Assembly: GCA_964597355.1 (NCBI GenBank)
Contig: CAZQWS010000003.1
Span: forward strand, 15,301-79,300
Direction of reading: 5' to 3'
Source of the DNA: an uncultured Bdellovibrionales bacterium
GTDB lineage: Bacteria; Patescibacteriota; Minisyncoccia; Moranbacterales; UBA1568
DNA: 64,000 nt
Position 1 is the first letter of the stretch; each line of letters starts with the position of its first letter. This document shows positions 39,079-49,618 of the stretch, piece after piece. Under the pieces are notes generated by a model, which saw nothing but the letters and a program-made list of their open reading frames with translations, did not search any database and was not told the DNA's origin. A program made the translations under genes and the position numbers.

Positions 39079-40269
39079 TTACATGACTGATGAAATTCTA
39101 CTCCTCAAATATTGATAATACTTTCCATTTTTTGCATTTACCGTCGTGTACCGATCAAGAGCTGTTTGTCGTGCCTTGTTCCCCATTTCCGCTCGTAGGT
39201 CTTTATTTTTAATCAATAAGCCAATTTTGTCTACCCATGTTTCCGTCGTATCTGCTACAAAACCGTCCACGCCGTCGGTAATGGCATCACGGAAAGTCCC
39301 CGTAGCCGCAGCTATCGTCGGTACCTTCACTATACCCGCTTCAAAAAACTTTAACTCTGACTTGGCCTCACAGAACGGGTTACCGATCTCGAGTGGCGCC
39401 ACGTTGATATCAAGTGAGGCGATGTTTCCAAACAGTTCTTTGCGTGGGACAAAAGGAATACGCTCGATACGGTCGTTGTACTGATTCAATTCACTCTCTG
39501 TATCAAGTGGTCCCGTCAACACTAAACGCATCTCAGGATAGGTTTCGAAAAGTTTCACCAAAGCCCCCGTAATCGTCGCAAAGTCTCTGTCATGACTCGG
39601 CGTCCCACTCAAATAGCCAATCCGAACAATTTGCTGATTGCTGATTGCTGATTGCTGATTGTGTAAAGCTTGCTCGGCCCACGCCACATCCTGTTTTGAT
39701 AGTTTGTTAGGTACTACAAACACCTGTTTCCCCTTGGCTTGAATTTTCTCCGCCAAGAAATTTGTGGTTGTGGTCGCTACCTCAACATATGGATCCATCA
39801 AAACTTCCCCACCAACGCCGTATTCATAGAGCTTCCGCTCAAGTACATTCATCTTTTGCCAATAGTCCATGTGGACCAAGAAAGCAGGATCATACACCAA
39901 GTCATCCGTCTCAAAGATAATGGTTTTTTTCAACGCTTTGGCGCGTTCGATAAACTGAGCCAGTTTGGGTGTTAAAAGAGTACGGTGAAGAATAAATATT
40001 TGAAACTGTTCAACAGCCAGAAGAAGTTTGGGATGATCTTGGTATGTAGCCGCAGCAGGAAGTCCATGAAAAGAGAGCTCCTCGGCCACATGTTTGGTAC
40101 GATACCGAGCACTATCGGCCATGCCTCCAGATATAAGCAGGATCTGACCAGTACCAATCGATTGGAAGAGTGCCGTGAAAATAGTCCATGCCCGACGCCC
40201 ACCACGAATAAGACCATCTTGTCGGATGATCGCCCAAACCTTACCGAGTTTTATGAACCACGTTTTCAT
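39079..40269 (-). CDS. glycosyltransferase (GT4-like C-terminal domain) containing an in-frame heptanucleotide tandem repeat
   Basis: C-terminal 'EAKSELKFFEAGIVKVPTIAAATGTFRDAITDGVDGFVAD...LRAEMGNKARQ' is GT4-like. Coding strand carries (CAATCAG)x4 at 39634-39661, encoding NQQSAISNQQ. Confidence 0.6.
   Translation of the reverse strand: MKTWFIKLGKVWAIIRQDGLIRGGRRAWTIFTALFQSIGTGQILLISGGMADSARYRTKHVAEELSFHGLPAAATYQDHPKLLLAVEQFQIFILHRTLLTPKLAQFIERAKALKKTIIFETDDLVYDPAFLVHMDYWQKMNVLERKLYEYGVGGEVLMDPYVEVATTTTNFLAEKIQAKGKQVFVVPNKLSKQDVAWAEQALHNQQSAISNQQIVRIGYLSGTPSHDRDFATITGALVKLFETYPEMRLVLTGPLDTESELNQYNDRIERIPFVPRKELFGNIASLDINVAPLEIGNPFCEAKSELKFFEAGIVKVPTIAAATGTFRDAITDGVDGFVADTTETWVDKIGLLIKNKDLRAEMGNKARQTALDRYTTVNAKNGKYYQYLRSRISSVM
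39634..39661 (-). repeat. 4 x 7-nt perfect tandem repeat (CAATCAG on coding strand; ctgattg on plus)
   Basis: Read directly: ttg ctgattg ctgattg ctgattg ctgattg tgtaaag. The 7-nt unit is not a multiple of 3, so copy-number change would frameshift the ORF. Confidence 0.9.
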
Positions 40270-40294
40270 TTGAGTATCGTATCAGTACTTACTT

Positions 40295-40798
40295 CTACAG
40301 CATTTCTTCCGTTTGGACAATAAGGTTTTTGGCATTTTCAAACGTGGCTCTGGCCACTGCTTCTTCGTAAGGAAGCCAAACAAAGTCTGTATGTTCATGA
40401 GAAAGGCGTACCGTCTGGCTCAGATTAACTTCGACTGGATAAAAGTGCACTTCCTTGAAAATCCACAGTCCTCGGTCAATTTCTTTGCGCTTCACAGCTT
40501 CATTTCCCTTGGCAATATAAAAGTAACGGATACTCATACGCCTTTCAAGAATCTGGAGATTGGTAAGACCCGTTTCTTCTTCTGTCTCGCGCCGAAGGGT
40601 CATCATTTCTGTTTCACCTTCTTCGACATGCCCCTTGGCAAAGTCAAAGTGCCCACTCGGATACTGGAGAAGTAGGTACTCTCGCTTCCCAGGAGCCACT
40701 TCACGAAACACAACTGCTCCAACCGAAATTTCCCATGCAGTAGGAAGACCGCAGAGAGTAAGGAGACGATAAAGAATTCGGTTTACTGGGAGTTGCAT
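40295..40798 (-). CDS. NUDIX hydrolase
   Basis: Nudix box 'GHVEEGETEMMTLRRETEEETGL' (GX5EX7REUXEEXGU). Confidence 0.7.
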   Translation of the reverse strand: MQLPVNRILYRLLTLCGLPTAWEISVGAVVFREVAPGKREYLLLQYPSGHFDFAKGHVEEGETEMMTLRRETEEETGLTNLQILERRMSIRYFYIAKGNEAVKRKEIDRGLWIFKEVHFYPVEVNLSQTVRLSHEHTDFVWLPYEEAVARATFENAKNLIVQTEEML

Positions 40799-40889
40799 AC
40801 TCCCTTAGCTTACACGGACTTTGGACCATTGACAAAACCAAAAAAACACGGGACTCTCAATAGTGCGCTTGATACGCTACACTACAGAT

Positions 40890-42998
40890 ATGACTCTCCT
40901 TTCCCCAATAAAATTTATCATCCGCCAGAGCGCATGGCTCGTGCTCATCCTCTCGCTTGGCTTCACGATCGGTGGGCTTTCGATCTACTATTTTGACGCA
41001 GCTGATTCACTTGATCTCGAAAAACATCCCCTCAAAGAGACAACTCTCATCTATGACCGAACTGGTGAGACCATCCTCTACCAAATCCACGGCGAAGAAA
41101 ACCGACGAGTCATCCAACACGAGGCCATGCCTGAGTCAGTGCGTTTTGCCACGGTTGCTGCCGAGGATGCCCACTTCTACTCTCACCCCGGTATTGATGT
41201 CATTGCTATCATCCGCGCTGGTATTGCCAATCTCCAGAAGGGCAAGATCGACCAAGGAGCTTCCACCATCACTCAACAGCTCGCCCGTGCCCTTTTTCTG
41301 ACACGCGAAAAAACATGGGTACGCAAAGCCCGAGAGGCGATACTCGCTATTAAAATTGAACGCCAGTTTTCCAAAGAAGAAATCCTCGATCTCTACCTCA
41401 ACGCCGTCCCATATGGCTCCAACGCCTATGGCATCGAAGCTGCCGCCCAAACGTTCTTTGGGAAAACCACGGGAGAACTCACGCTTGACGAAAGCACCTT
41501 ATTGGCCGCTCTCCCCAATGCTCCTACCCTGCTTTCTCCGTATGGCAAAAACCGAGAAGAGCTCATAGAGAAAAAGAATCATATTCTTGCCCGAATGCTC
41601 GAGCTCGATTTCATCACTCAATCAGAATATGATCAAGCGTTCGCTACAAAAACACTTGAAAAAGTTATTCCGCTCGAACGGCGAATTGTCGCGCCGCACT
41701 TTACCTTTTATGTGATCGAACGCCTTGAAGAACTCTATGGCCGCGAACGTCTGGAAGAAGAGGGTTTCCGAGTTATGACCACTATCAACCTTGAGTTCCA
41801 AAAGGAAGCTGAACGTGTTGTAGCTGAAGGGGTAACAAAGAACAAACAGGCTCATGCTAGTAACTCCGCTCTCGTTGCGGTTGATCCTACCAAGGGTGAA
41901 GTGCTCGCCATGGTCGGGAGCCGGGATTACTTTGACACCACCATCGATGGACAAGTCAATGTCGCAATTGAAAGCCGCCAACCAGGATCGACGTTTAAGC
42001 CGTTTGCCTACGCCACTGCCTTTGTCGAAGGTTTTGAACCAGAAACCCCGATTTATGATGTGCCTATCAACTTCGGACCCGACGGCTCTGGTAGTGACTA
42101 CAAGCCCAATAACTATGATGGGAAATTCCGCGGCCGAATGACGATGCGTGAAGCGTTGGCGCAGTCCTTGAATATTCCGGCGGTTTCTGCTCTCTACCTT
42201 GCCGGTATCCAGGATACGATTAACACAGCTACCAAACTTGGCATCACCACACTCACCGATCCGAATCGTTATGGCCTCGCCCTGGTCCTCGGCGGTGCTG
42301 AAGTTCGCCTCCTCGACATAACCAGTGCCTTTGGTGTTTTTGGCCAAGAAGGCAAACGTGTCCCAGTCGACGGTATCCAAAGCGTTACCGACCGCGACAG
42401 CAAATCCCTCTATTTCAAAGCTGAATCCGAACAAGTGCTCGATCCAGAAGTTGCCCGCAAAATTAACTCGATCCTTTCTGACAATGCTGCCCGTACACCA
42501 ACGTTCGGTCCGCGTAGTCCGCTCGCGTTCCCTGCAGGCGTGACGGTCGCCGCCAAAACCGGTACCACCCAGAACTTCCGTGACGCCTGGACGATTGGCT
42601 ACACCGGCAAAATCGCCGTTGGTGTGTGGACCGGCAATAACGACAATACTCCCATGAATATGGGTTCGGATGGTATTTATGTCGCTGCCCCAATCTGGCG
42701 AACCTATATGGACCTCATGCTTGAGCGTTTTCCTGAAACTGGTTTTACTGATTATACGCATCGCCCCGCCGATGTACAGCCACGCTTCGGATCACTGGAA
42801 CCAAAAACTATCTACATCAACAAAAATACCGGCAAAGAAATTTCCAAGAAAAAGGCGGGTAAAAAAGATTCAGAAGATGTCGAAATGCGTATCGTTGATG
42901 GTGGCACTACCTTTACCTACACCAAAGATAACGGCGATCTCAATTTCACACCAGCTACCCTTGAAGATTTGCGTCGCATCTACTATCCAACACAGTAA
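40890..42998 (+). CDS. class-A penicillin-binding protein (GT51 transglycosylase + transpeptidase), PBP1A-like
   Basis: GT51 motifs 'EDAHFYSHPGID', 'GASTITQQLAR', 'KRKAREAILAIKIE'. Transpeptidase motifs 'STFKP', 'SLN', 'KTGTT'. The track ORF starts at a GTG at 40863; the first ATG is at 40890. Confidence 0.8.
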   Translation: MTLLSPIKFIIRQSAWLVLILSLGFTIGGLSIYYFDAADSLDLEKHPLKETTLIYDRTGETILYQIHGEENRRVIQHEAMPESVRFATVAAEDAHFYSHPGIDVIAIIRAGIANLQKGKIDQGASTITQQLARALFLTREKTWVRKAREAILAIKIERQFSKEEILDLYLNAVPYGSNAYGIEAAAQTFFGKTTGELTLDESTLLAALPNAPTLLSPYGKNREELIEKKNHILARMLELDFITQSEYDQAFATKTLEKVIPLERRIVAPHFTFYVIERLEELYGRERLEEEGFRVMTTINLEFQKEAERVVAEGVTKNKQAHASNSALVAVDPTKGEVLAMVGSRDYFDTTIDGQVNVAIESRQPGSTFKPFAYATAFVEGFEPETPIYDVPINFGPDGSGSDYKPNNYDGKFRGRMTMREALAQSLNIPAVSALYLAGIQDTINTATKLGITTLTDPNRYGLALVLGGAEVRLLDITSAFGVFGQEGKRVPVDGIQSVTDRDSKSLYFKAESEQVLDPEVARKINSILSDNAARTPTFGPRSPLAFPAGVTVAAKTGTTQNFRDAWTIGYTGKIAVGVWTGNNDNTPMNMGSDGIYVAAPIWRTYMDLMLERFPETGFTDYTHRPADVQPRFGSLEPKTIYINKNTGKEISKKKAGKKDSEDVEMRIVDGGTTFTYTKDNGDLNFTPATLEDLRRIYYPTQ

Positions 42999-43014
42999 GT
43001 GGAATGAAATCTCA

Positions 43015-44283
43015 CTAATCTTTGCGTAGCGCTTCCATCGGTGTTAACTGCGAAGCCCGATAGGCTGGCGAGAGACCAAAGATGAGTCCCACCGCAACTG
43101 AAAACCCCACTCCCAAAAGAAATGACTGGAACGAAAAAGTAAGCGGGAGGTCAAAGCCGAGGACTGCAAAGAGTACACTGAGTCCCAAAGTGAGAAGTAC
43201 CCCGAGGAGGATCCCGATCACTCCTCCTAAAAGAGTGACCGTAAGTGCCTCAAACAGAAATTGTTTCAGGATACTGCGCGACGTGGCGCCTACGGCTTTT
43301 CGAAGACCGATCTCATTGGTACGCTCAGCCACCGACACATACATGACATTCATAATACCCACCCCGCCTACCACGAGCGAAATCGAGGTGAGTGCCAAAA
43401 GGAGAATAGAGAGGGATCCAAACACATCTCCCAATGTTGCCTGTGCCTCTTTGGTCGATGTCACGGAAAAATCGTCTTTACCAGGATTATCAATATCATG
43501 ACGCTTGCGAAGCAGTCCGACAATATCAGCGACGGTTTCTGTTTCCCGAGATGGATCCTCCATCTTTACCGAAATAAATTGTACATAGTCCACTCCTAAT
43601 ATTTTTTTCTGGAGAGTCTGTACTGGCACATACGTGAAAGCATCAAGATTGAAGAAGGCAGCCGCCCCTCGTGGCGCGAGCACGCCAATTACTCGGTATT
43701 TCTCCCCCTTGAGTGTAATAGATTCCCCGATAGCACCACTCTCGCCAAAAAATGTTTCCTTTGTTTCGCTACCAAGCACGACTACCCGAGCTAAGCTCTC
43801 ATCTTCCTCTTCGGTAAAAAAACGCCCGCTGGCCAACTTGGCATTAGTATCCACTTGTAGTGCCCCCGCCCCAGTACCAAACAGTGAAATGCGCTTGCCT
43901 ACTGATCCATAGGTAGCCCGCTCTTGGCCGATAGTACCTGCATAAATCGCCTCAATATTGGGGAGCTTCTTGATGGCCTCTGCATCTTCTACCACGAGCG
44001 TCGTTATCTGCGTCCCCTGAGCTCGACCGGTCGCATTATCACTCGACATTGCCGAAGTATTGGGAATCTTTACCTCTATTTGGATCACGTCCGTCCCAAA
44101 ACTTTCCACCTGGCCCAAAACAAAACCCTTTACCCCGTCACCAAGCGCCGTCACTACTACCACTGAGAACACCCCTATCACCACGCCGAGCAATGCCAAA
44201 GCAGTTCGCATTTTGTGCGTGCGAATCGTTCGCAAAGCGAAGAAGAGAGGGATCGAAAAATGTTTCAGCCAGGTATTATTCAT
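43015..44283 (-). CDS. ABC transporter permease, MacB/FtsX family
   Basis: N-terminal TM, a large extracytoplasmic MacB-PCD-like domain and a C-terminal FtsX 4-TM bundle. Paired with 44276..45517. Confidence 0.7.
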   Translation of the reverse strand: MNNTWLKHFSIPLFFALRTIRTHKMRTALALLGVVIGVFSVVVVTALGDGVKGFVLGQVESFGTDVIQIEVKIPNTSAMSSDNATGRAQGTQITTLVVEDAEAIKKLPNIEAIYAGTIGQERATYGSVGKRISLFGTGAGALQVDTNAKLASGRFFTEEEDESLARVVVLGSETKETFFGESGAIGESITLKGEKYRVIGVLAPRGAAAFFNLDAFTYVPVQTLQKKILGVDYVQFISVKMEDPSRETETVADIVGLLRKRHDIDNPGKDDFSVTSTKEAQATLGDVFGSLSILLLALTSISLVVGGVGIMNVMYVSVAERTNEIGLRKAVGATSRSILKQFLFEALTVTLLGGVIGILLGVLLTLGLSVLFAVLGFDLPLTFSFQSFLLGVGFSVAVGLIFGLSPAYRASQLTPMEALRKD

Positions 44284-45517
44284 AGCGTAGTGCTTCCATT
44301 GGACTTACCTTGGCTGCTTTGAAAGCTGGATACAAACCAAAAGTAATTCCAATAATGAGTGAGACTGAAAAACCAATTACAAGAGATGAGAGCGGCACCA
44401 GAAATTGCCAGTCATAACCAAGTGTCGGAATAATAATGGCAGCGAGATAAGCAATGGCAACTCCAAACACCATACCAATACAGCCACCGACAAGGGTAAT
44501 GAAAGACGACTCAATAAGAAACTGCGTAATGATATGTTGGGGCCGCGCCCCAACTGCTTTTCGGAGACCAATCTCTCGCACTCGCTGCGAAACCGAAATA
44601 AGCATGGAATTCATGATGCCGATTCCTCCCACTAAGAGCGAAATAGAGGAAATAGCGATCAGGAAATACTTGAGCACATTGGTGATATTGGTCAGGACGC
44701 CAAGTGCTGCTTTGGTGCTGCGTACCGAAAAGTCTGATTCTTCATCTTCCTCGAGATCGTGACGATCACGGAGGAGAAGGGTCATATCTGCCATCGTCCG
44801 TTCGATATTTTCTGGTGCATCAGCTTTCCCTCGAGCGAAATTAAGATAATCAATGCCGAGCAATATTTTCTGTGCGGTGACAAGGGGCACATAAATAAGC
44901 GTATCTGGATTAGAAAAAGCTGCCGATCCACGCTCTTCCAAAACTCCGATAACTTTGAAAGGGTTGTCATTAATTTTCAAGGTTTCACCAAGCGGATCAC
45001 GATTGGGAAAGAGCTCCTTAGCCCGAGTGGCCCCGAGTACCACCACTCGAGAGAGGTCACCTTCTTCTTCTGGAAAGAAAAAACGGCCGAGTGCTACCTC
45101 AATATTCTCTACCCCAATCATTTCCGGTGATACTCCCTGATAGGTAAGCTCAAAGGAATCTACTTCTGATTCGGCCGTAGCCGAGCCTGTAACATAGCCT
45201 GAAACAGCCGAAAGGTGCGGGACATTGCGCCGCTCACGAAGAGCTTTGAGATCATCATTTTTGAGAGTGGTAGTGACAATACCAAGTGCCTGAGCTGGTG
45301 GCCCGCTTTCTTCCGAAGCCCCAGGTAGTACCACAACGAGATTAGAGCCAACGTTTTCAACTTGGGACAGCACAAGCTTCTGTGCACTCGCTCCGATGGC
45401 CATGACCATAATAACTGCTGCCACTCCAATCACTACCCCTAACACGGTCAGCATAAACCGAAGCTTTGCAGTCAAAAGAGAACGATACGCAATTTTAATC
45501 GGATCTGAGAGTTTCAT
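44276..45517 (-). CDS. ABC transporter permease, MacB/FtsX family (second)
   Basis: Same architecture as 43015..44283. 8-nt overlap with the downstream paralog. Confidence 0.7.
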   Translation of the reverse strand: MKLSDPIKIAYRSLLTAKLRFMLTVLGVVIGVAAVIMVMAIGASAQKLVLSQVENVGSNLVVVLPGASEESGPPAQALGIVTTTLKNDDLKALRERRNVPHLSAVSGYVTGSATAESEVDSFELTYQGVSPEMIGVENIEVALGRFFFPEEEGDLSRVVVLGATRAKELFPNRDPLGETLKINDNPFKVIGVLEERGSAAFSNPDTLIYVPLVTAQKILLGIDYLNFARGKADAPENIERTMADMTLLLRDRHDLEEDEESDFSVRSTKAALGVLTNITNVLKYFLIAISSISLLVGGIGIMNSMLISVSQRVREIGLRKAVGARPQHIITQFLIESSFITLVGGCIGMVFGVAIAYLAAIIIPTLGYDWQFLVPLSSLVIGFSVSLIIGITFGLYPAFKAAKVSPMEALRYE

Positions 45518-45529
45518 TGAATCGTAAAA

Positions 45530-46264
45530 TTACTTCAGAAGCTCAGTCTCATTGGTAGCGAAGCGTCGATTCAAAACGGCTGCGTCCGCAACAATCTGCC
45601 CATCTTTCATGGTAAGAATACGCTTACCATGCTCTGCTGTAGAAGTCTCATGGGTTACCAAAATAATCGTATGGCCTGCATTATTGAGTTCCTGCAAAAT
45701 AGACATGACCTGGAGACCTGATTTGGAATCAAGATTCCCCGTAGGTTCATCTGCAAAAATAATTTCTGGATTATTGACGAGAGCCCGCGCAATGGCTACG
45801 CGCTGCTTCTCACCACCTGACAATTGATTGGAAAGGTAACCTTTCCGATGGAGCATACCTACTGCTCGAAGCGCCTCCTCAACTGCTTTCTCATTGGAGA
45901 AATCCATTTCCTCATCATAAAGTAAGGGGAGTTCTACATTTTCAGCCACGGTAGTTTTGGGCAGCAAATTGAAAGCTTGAAAGACAAAACCAATCTTCTT
46001 GTTGCGAAGCCCTGCCAATTGATCATCCGAAAATTCCGTGACATTTTTCCCCTCCAAAAAATACGTTCCCCCAGTAGCTCGATCCAAGAGACCAAGTACT
46101 TGCATGAGAGTAGATTTCCCTGATCCCGATGGACCCATGATCGCCACAAACTCGCCCCTCTCTATGACAAACGTAGCACGCGAAAGAGCTGAGGTCTTCA
46201 CCCCTTCATTGTCATAGATTTTGGCTAACTCCTCTACCTGAATCAAGGGTCTTCCGCCATTCAT
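45530..46264 (-). CDS. ABC transporter ATP-binding protein (MacB/LolD-type)
   Basis: Walker A 'GPSGSGKST', Q-loop, signature '[15 protein letters not shown]', Walker B '[12 protein letters not shown]'. Confidence 0.8.
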   Translation of the reverse strand: MNGGRPLIQVEELAKIYDNEGVKTSALSRATFVIERGEFVAIMGPSGSGKSTLMQVLGLLDRATGGTYFLEGKNVTEFSDDQLAGLRNKKIGFVFQAFNLLPKTTVAENVELPLLYDEEMDFSNEKAVEEALRAVGMLHRKGYLSNQLSGGEKQRVAIARALVNNPEIIFADEPTGNLDSKSGLQVMSILQELNNAGHTIILVTHETSTAEHGKRILTMKDGQIVADAAVLNRRFATNETELLK

Positions 46265-46266
46265 AG

Positions 46267-47268
46267 CTATTTCTTTTGAGTCGCTCCAATCGTCACCACA
46301 TCACCTTCTTTCAGACCAGACTTTACTTCAATAGTTCCGTCATCACCTTCGAGTCCAGTGATAACTTCTACTTTCTCAAAAGAATTTTCACCTCGTTTCA
46401 CTGAGGCATAGGTTATACCTTCCTCTTTCGTTAGCGCTCGATACGGCACCCAGAGCACACCAGTCCGCTTGGCTGTTTCGATATCGATATTGCCGGTCAT
46501 TCCTTCTTTCAATCGAGAATCCATGTGTTTCAAGCGAAACTTCACTTTATAAGAAACGACATCTTGCACAACGGTCGAAGCGGGATCGATCTCAATAACT
46601 TCCGCTATAAAAATTTCATCATTGGTAAAGGCGTCAAACGTCACCTCTGACTGCATACCGATAGCCACCTTGGCTATATCGGACTCTGGTACTCGTGACT
46701 CAAGTACGAGGCTTTCTGGCTTCATCACTCGAGCCAAAACTTTCCCTACCGTTGCCACTTCGCCCACTCTCCCCGAAAACTGCGAAATCTGGCCATCCAT
46801 TGGAGCGTAAAGAGTATTCTCTTGCATTTGCGCTTTGATGGTGCGGACTTTTTCCCTGGCTTGTTCCGCCAAGAGTTTCTTTGCGTTTAAATCTTCTGGC
46901 GTGTAAGCACCGGTACGATTACGCCGAACTTGTTTCTCATTTTCCTCAGCTATTGCTACTGCAAGTTGAGCCTCTTTATACTGTGAATAAATCACTTCTC
47001 GATCAAGTGAAAGTAGCTTCATGTCAGTCACTACCTGATCGCCATTTTTGACGAACACTTCATCAATCGTGCCAATGCCAGTAAAGGAAAGATCAGCGTA
47101 TATTTCAGGGAGCAACTCTCCCGTGACACTGACCGTCTCGACAATATCTCCCCGCTTCACAGTTTCCGTTTGTACGGTTTCTTCATCTCCTTTGCTCATG
47201 AAATACCAAACCATCCCTCCAATGGCGATAAGTATGAGCCCGATAATAATATTTCTTTTCTGAAACAT
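46267..47268 (-). CDS. efflux transporter periplasmic adaptor (HlyD/MacA family)
   Basis: N-terminal TM, a coiled-coil hairpin and beta-barrel/lipoyl-like segments. Heads the adaptor-ATPase-permease-permease operon. Confidence 0.6.
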   Translation of the reverse strand: MFQKRNIIIGLILIAIGGMVWYFMSKGDEETVQTETVKRGDIVETVSVTGELLPEIYADLSFTGIGTIDEVFVKNGDQVVTDMKLLSLDREVIYSQYKEAQLAVAIAEENEKQVRRNRTGAYTPEDLNAKKLLAEQAREKVRTIKAQMQENTLYAPMDGQISQFSGRVGEVATVGKVLARVMKPESLVLESRVPESDIAKVAIGMQSEVTFDAFTNDEIFIAEVIEIDPASTVVQDVVSYKVKFRLKHMDSRLKEGMTGNIDIETAKRTGVLWVPYRALTKEEGITYASVKRGENSFEKVEVITGLEGDDGTIEVKSGLKEGDVVTIGATQKK

Positions 47269-47273
47269 AGTGC

Positions 47274-47702
47274 TTAGAGTAAAGGCTTGTGTACTACTGC
47301 TGCATCCATGGCCTTATTAGCCTCCGCATCCGCAACTGTATTTTTCTCACGAAACACATGTACAAACGTCACCGATTTGAAATCAAGCATCAAATTCCAT
47401 ACTTGAAAGAAAAGTGGCTGGAGCTTTTCATTCTCAATCTTGTAAATATGATTGAGTTGGCGACAGGCAAGTTCCGAATCCATCCGGCACTCCACTTCAG
47501 TTTGTTTAGCTTTTTCTTTCCCTACCAATGCCTTAATCTTTTTGAGTCCCGCGACAATCGCCATATACTCGGCTTCATTGTTTGTTTTGGTCCCCAAAAA
47601 TTCGCCAAAGCGTTTGTCGAGCGTTTCGATATATACACCCAAAGCTGCCGGTCCAGGATTGCCACGCGATCCCCCGTCGCTGTACATGATAATTTTTTCC
47701 AT
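47274..47702 (-). CDS. rnhA: ribonuclease H (type 1-like)
   Basis: 'MYSDGGSRGNPGPAA...TNNEAEYMAIVAGL...D' gives the RNase H DEDD catalytic arrangement. Start set to the ATG at 47700-47702 (MEKIIMYSDGGS). Confidence 0.6.
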   Translation of the reverse strand: MEKIIMYSDGGSRGNPGPAALGVYIETLDKRFGEFLGTKTNNEAEYMAIVAGLKKIKALVGKEKAKQTEVECRMDSELACRQLNHIYKIENEKLQPLFFQVWNLMLDFKSVTFVHVFREKNTVADAEANKAMDAAVVHKPLL

Positions 47703-47902
47703 GTCTTTATTATACAAGAGAAAAAGAAAAAGCCCGAGAGCGATGCCCCCGAGCTTGCGATCCGAAACGATTCATACAACTGAATGTCCATCCACCTCCT
47801 TAACGGCAAGTCGCATGACTGACTCCTTGTTGGTTAGAGCCAAAAGCCCGGAAGAACTGGCTCTACCGTAGCGAGAAAGAAAAGCTCTTTCAAACCAGCG
47901 CT

Positions 47903-49597
47903 TTATGAAGAAGTTTGAATATCCTGGAGCACCATTTGGACTCGACTGCGGCCATTCCAACTGTTTTCAGCGAGAGTACCAGCGAGGTTCACCCGCATCC
48001 CCGGTCGGAGATCCGGATAACTGGTGACAAGCGACCAGCCAACGACATCAAGTGGCCCGCCTACTTCCCGATCAATCGTGAGTTTCCAATGCCTGCCATC
48101 TTTCCCAACCGTTCGCGTACTCGAGAGCAACACCTCCTCGAGAGCAAAGACTGGCTCTGGATTACCCTCTCCAAACGGCTGGAGGGTTTCCAAACCATGA
48201 ATGAGTTCTACAGAACAGTCATGTGGGTGGAGAGCAAGGTCAATCATGAGTTCCGGAACGGTTTCTACCCCAATCAAAGCTTGTTCTATCAAACCATTGA
48301 AGCGATCATAGAAATCCTCCAATCGATCATTCCGGATCGTCATTCCCGCCGCTTGCTCATGGCCGCCAAATTTTTCAAGCATATCACCGCACTGTTCCAG
48401 TGCCTCAATAATATTAAGGCCTGGGATACTTCGAAACGATCCTCGGCTCATCTCCCCGTCAGTTTGCAAAATACAAGTCGGTTTCCCAAACTCATGCGCC
48501 ACTCGGCCCGCCACAAGCCCAACAATCCCGAGCGGATATTCCGGTCCAACGGCAAAAATAAACTTCTTATCTTGATATTTTGTTTCAGCAAGAGCCTTTA
48601 CCAATGTCGTTACTTCTTGACTCTGTTTCTGTCTAGCAATGTTATACGCTTCGAGCTCGAGCGCAAGGCCTCGTGCCTTGACCCGATCCCGCTCCATGAG
48701 AAGATCATGAGCAAGCTTGCCATGAGCCATCCGGGACGCCGCATTGATCCGAGGAGCAATGTGAAAAGCGATGAGCCGCGCTGTGGGGGGCATTTCCTCA
48801 TTCATCGGGATCCGACCAACCGCAATAAGCTCTTGAAGTCCGATACGTCTCGTTTTCGCAAGCACCAAGAGACCATACTTCACGATAGCCCGATTCTCCC
48901 CAATGAGAGGCATGACGTCCGCTACTGTCCCAATGGCCGCTACATCGAGCAACCACTTTAATTCCCCCATACGCTCTGGGAGAAAACGTTGGAAAAGCGC
49001 AGTTACCACCTTAAACGTCGTACCCGCACCACACAGATCCCTGAAGGGGTACGTTTCGTTGGGAAGCTTGGGATTAATGATAGCGAAGGCTTGGGGCAAT
49101 ACCTCCGGCACATGGTGATGGTCAATAATAATCGTCTCCATCCCTTTTTCGAGGGCCGCTTTAATCTCCGCATGGTTCATCATGCCGCAATCAAGTGTGA
49201 CGACAAGTTTCACTCCCTGGTCTTTAAAATGTTTGATCGCTTCAATGTTGAGACCATGCCCTTCACGCACCTTGTGGGGAATATATACCTCGTATTCGAT
49301 ACCAAGCGCTGTCATCGCTTCTCGAAAGAGCACTGAAGAAGTAATACCATCCGCGTCAAAATCACCAAAAATCCCCACTTTTTCTCCGGCCTGTTTCGCC
49401 TCACTCAGCCGCACTACTACTCTTTCCATGGCACGAAAGAGATAGGGGTCATGAAGATCTCGTTCATAGTCTGGAGAGAGAAAACGCCATTGATCAGCCT
49501 CATTTTCTACTCGTGCTTGAAGTAATGCCTGAACAACCCTCTCGACACCAAGCGGTTCAGACGGTAAAAGTGAATGGCGAAACCTCCAACGGGGCAT
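47903..49597 (-). CDS. recJ: single-stranded-DNA-specific exonuclease RecJ
   Basis: DHH motifs 'VGIFGDFDADGITSS', 'IIIDHHH', the DHHA1 'GGGH' region and a C-terminal OB-like domain. Confidence 0.8.
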   Translation of the reverse strand: MPRWRFRHSLLPSEPLGVERVVQALLQARVENEADQWRFLSPDYERDLHDPYLFRAMERVVVRLSEAKQAGEKVGIFGDFDADGITSSVLFREAMTALGIEYEVYIPHKVREGHGLNIEAIKHFKDQGVKLVVTLDCGMMNHAEIKAALEKGMETIIIDHHHVPEVLPQAFAIINPKLPNETYPFRDLCGAGTTFKVVTALFQRFLPERMGELKWLLDVAAIGTVADVMPLIGENRAIVKYGLLVLAKTRRIGLQELIAVGRIPMNEEMPPTARLIAFHIAPRINAASRMAHGKLAHDLLMERDRVKARGLALELEAYNIARQKQSQEVTTLVKALAETKYQDKKFIFAVGPEYPLGIVGLVAGRVAHEFGKPTCILQTDGEMSRGSFRSIPGLNIIEALEQCGDMLEKFGGHEQAAGMTIRNDRLEDFYDRFNGLIEQALIGVETVPELMIDLALHPHDCSVELIHGLETLQPFGEGNPEPVFALEEVLLSSTRTVGKDGRHWKLTIDREVGGPLDVVGWSLVTSYPDLRPGMRVNLAGTLAENSWNGRSRVQMVLQDIQTSS

Positions 49598-49618
49598 ACG
49601 AGGAAAGTCCGTTGGGAA

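Noticed and set aside
39634-39661. Tandem direct repeat considered as a CRISPR array
   Set aside because: 7-nt units with no spacers, inside an ORF. This is a microsatellite, not CRISPR. No CRISPR arrays or cas genes seen in the window.
41622-42761. 379-aa ORF on the minus strand
   Set aside because: Entirely antisense to the class-A PBP gene, which has clear GT51/transpeptidase motifs. Low-complexity and odd composition. Typical shadow ORF.
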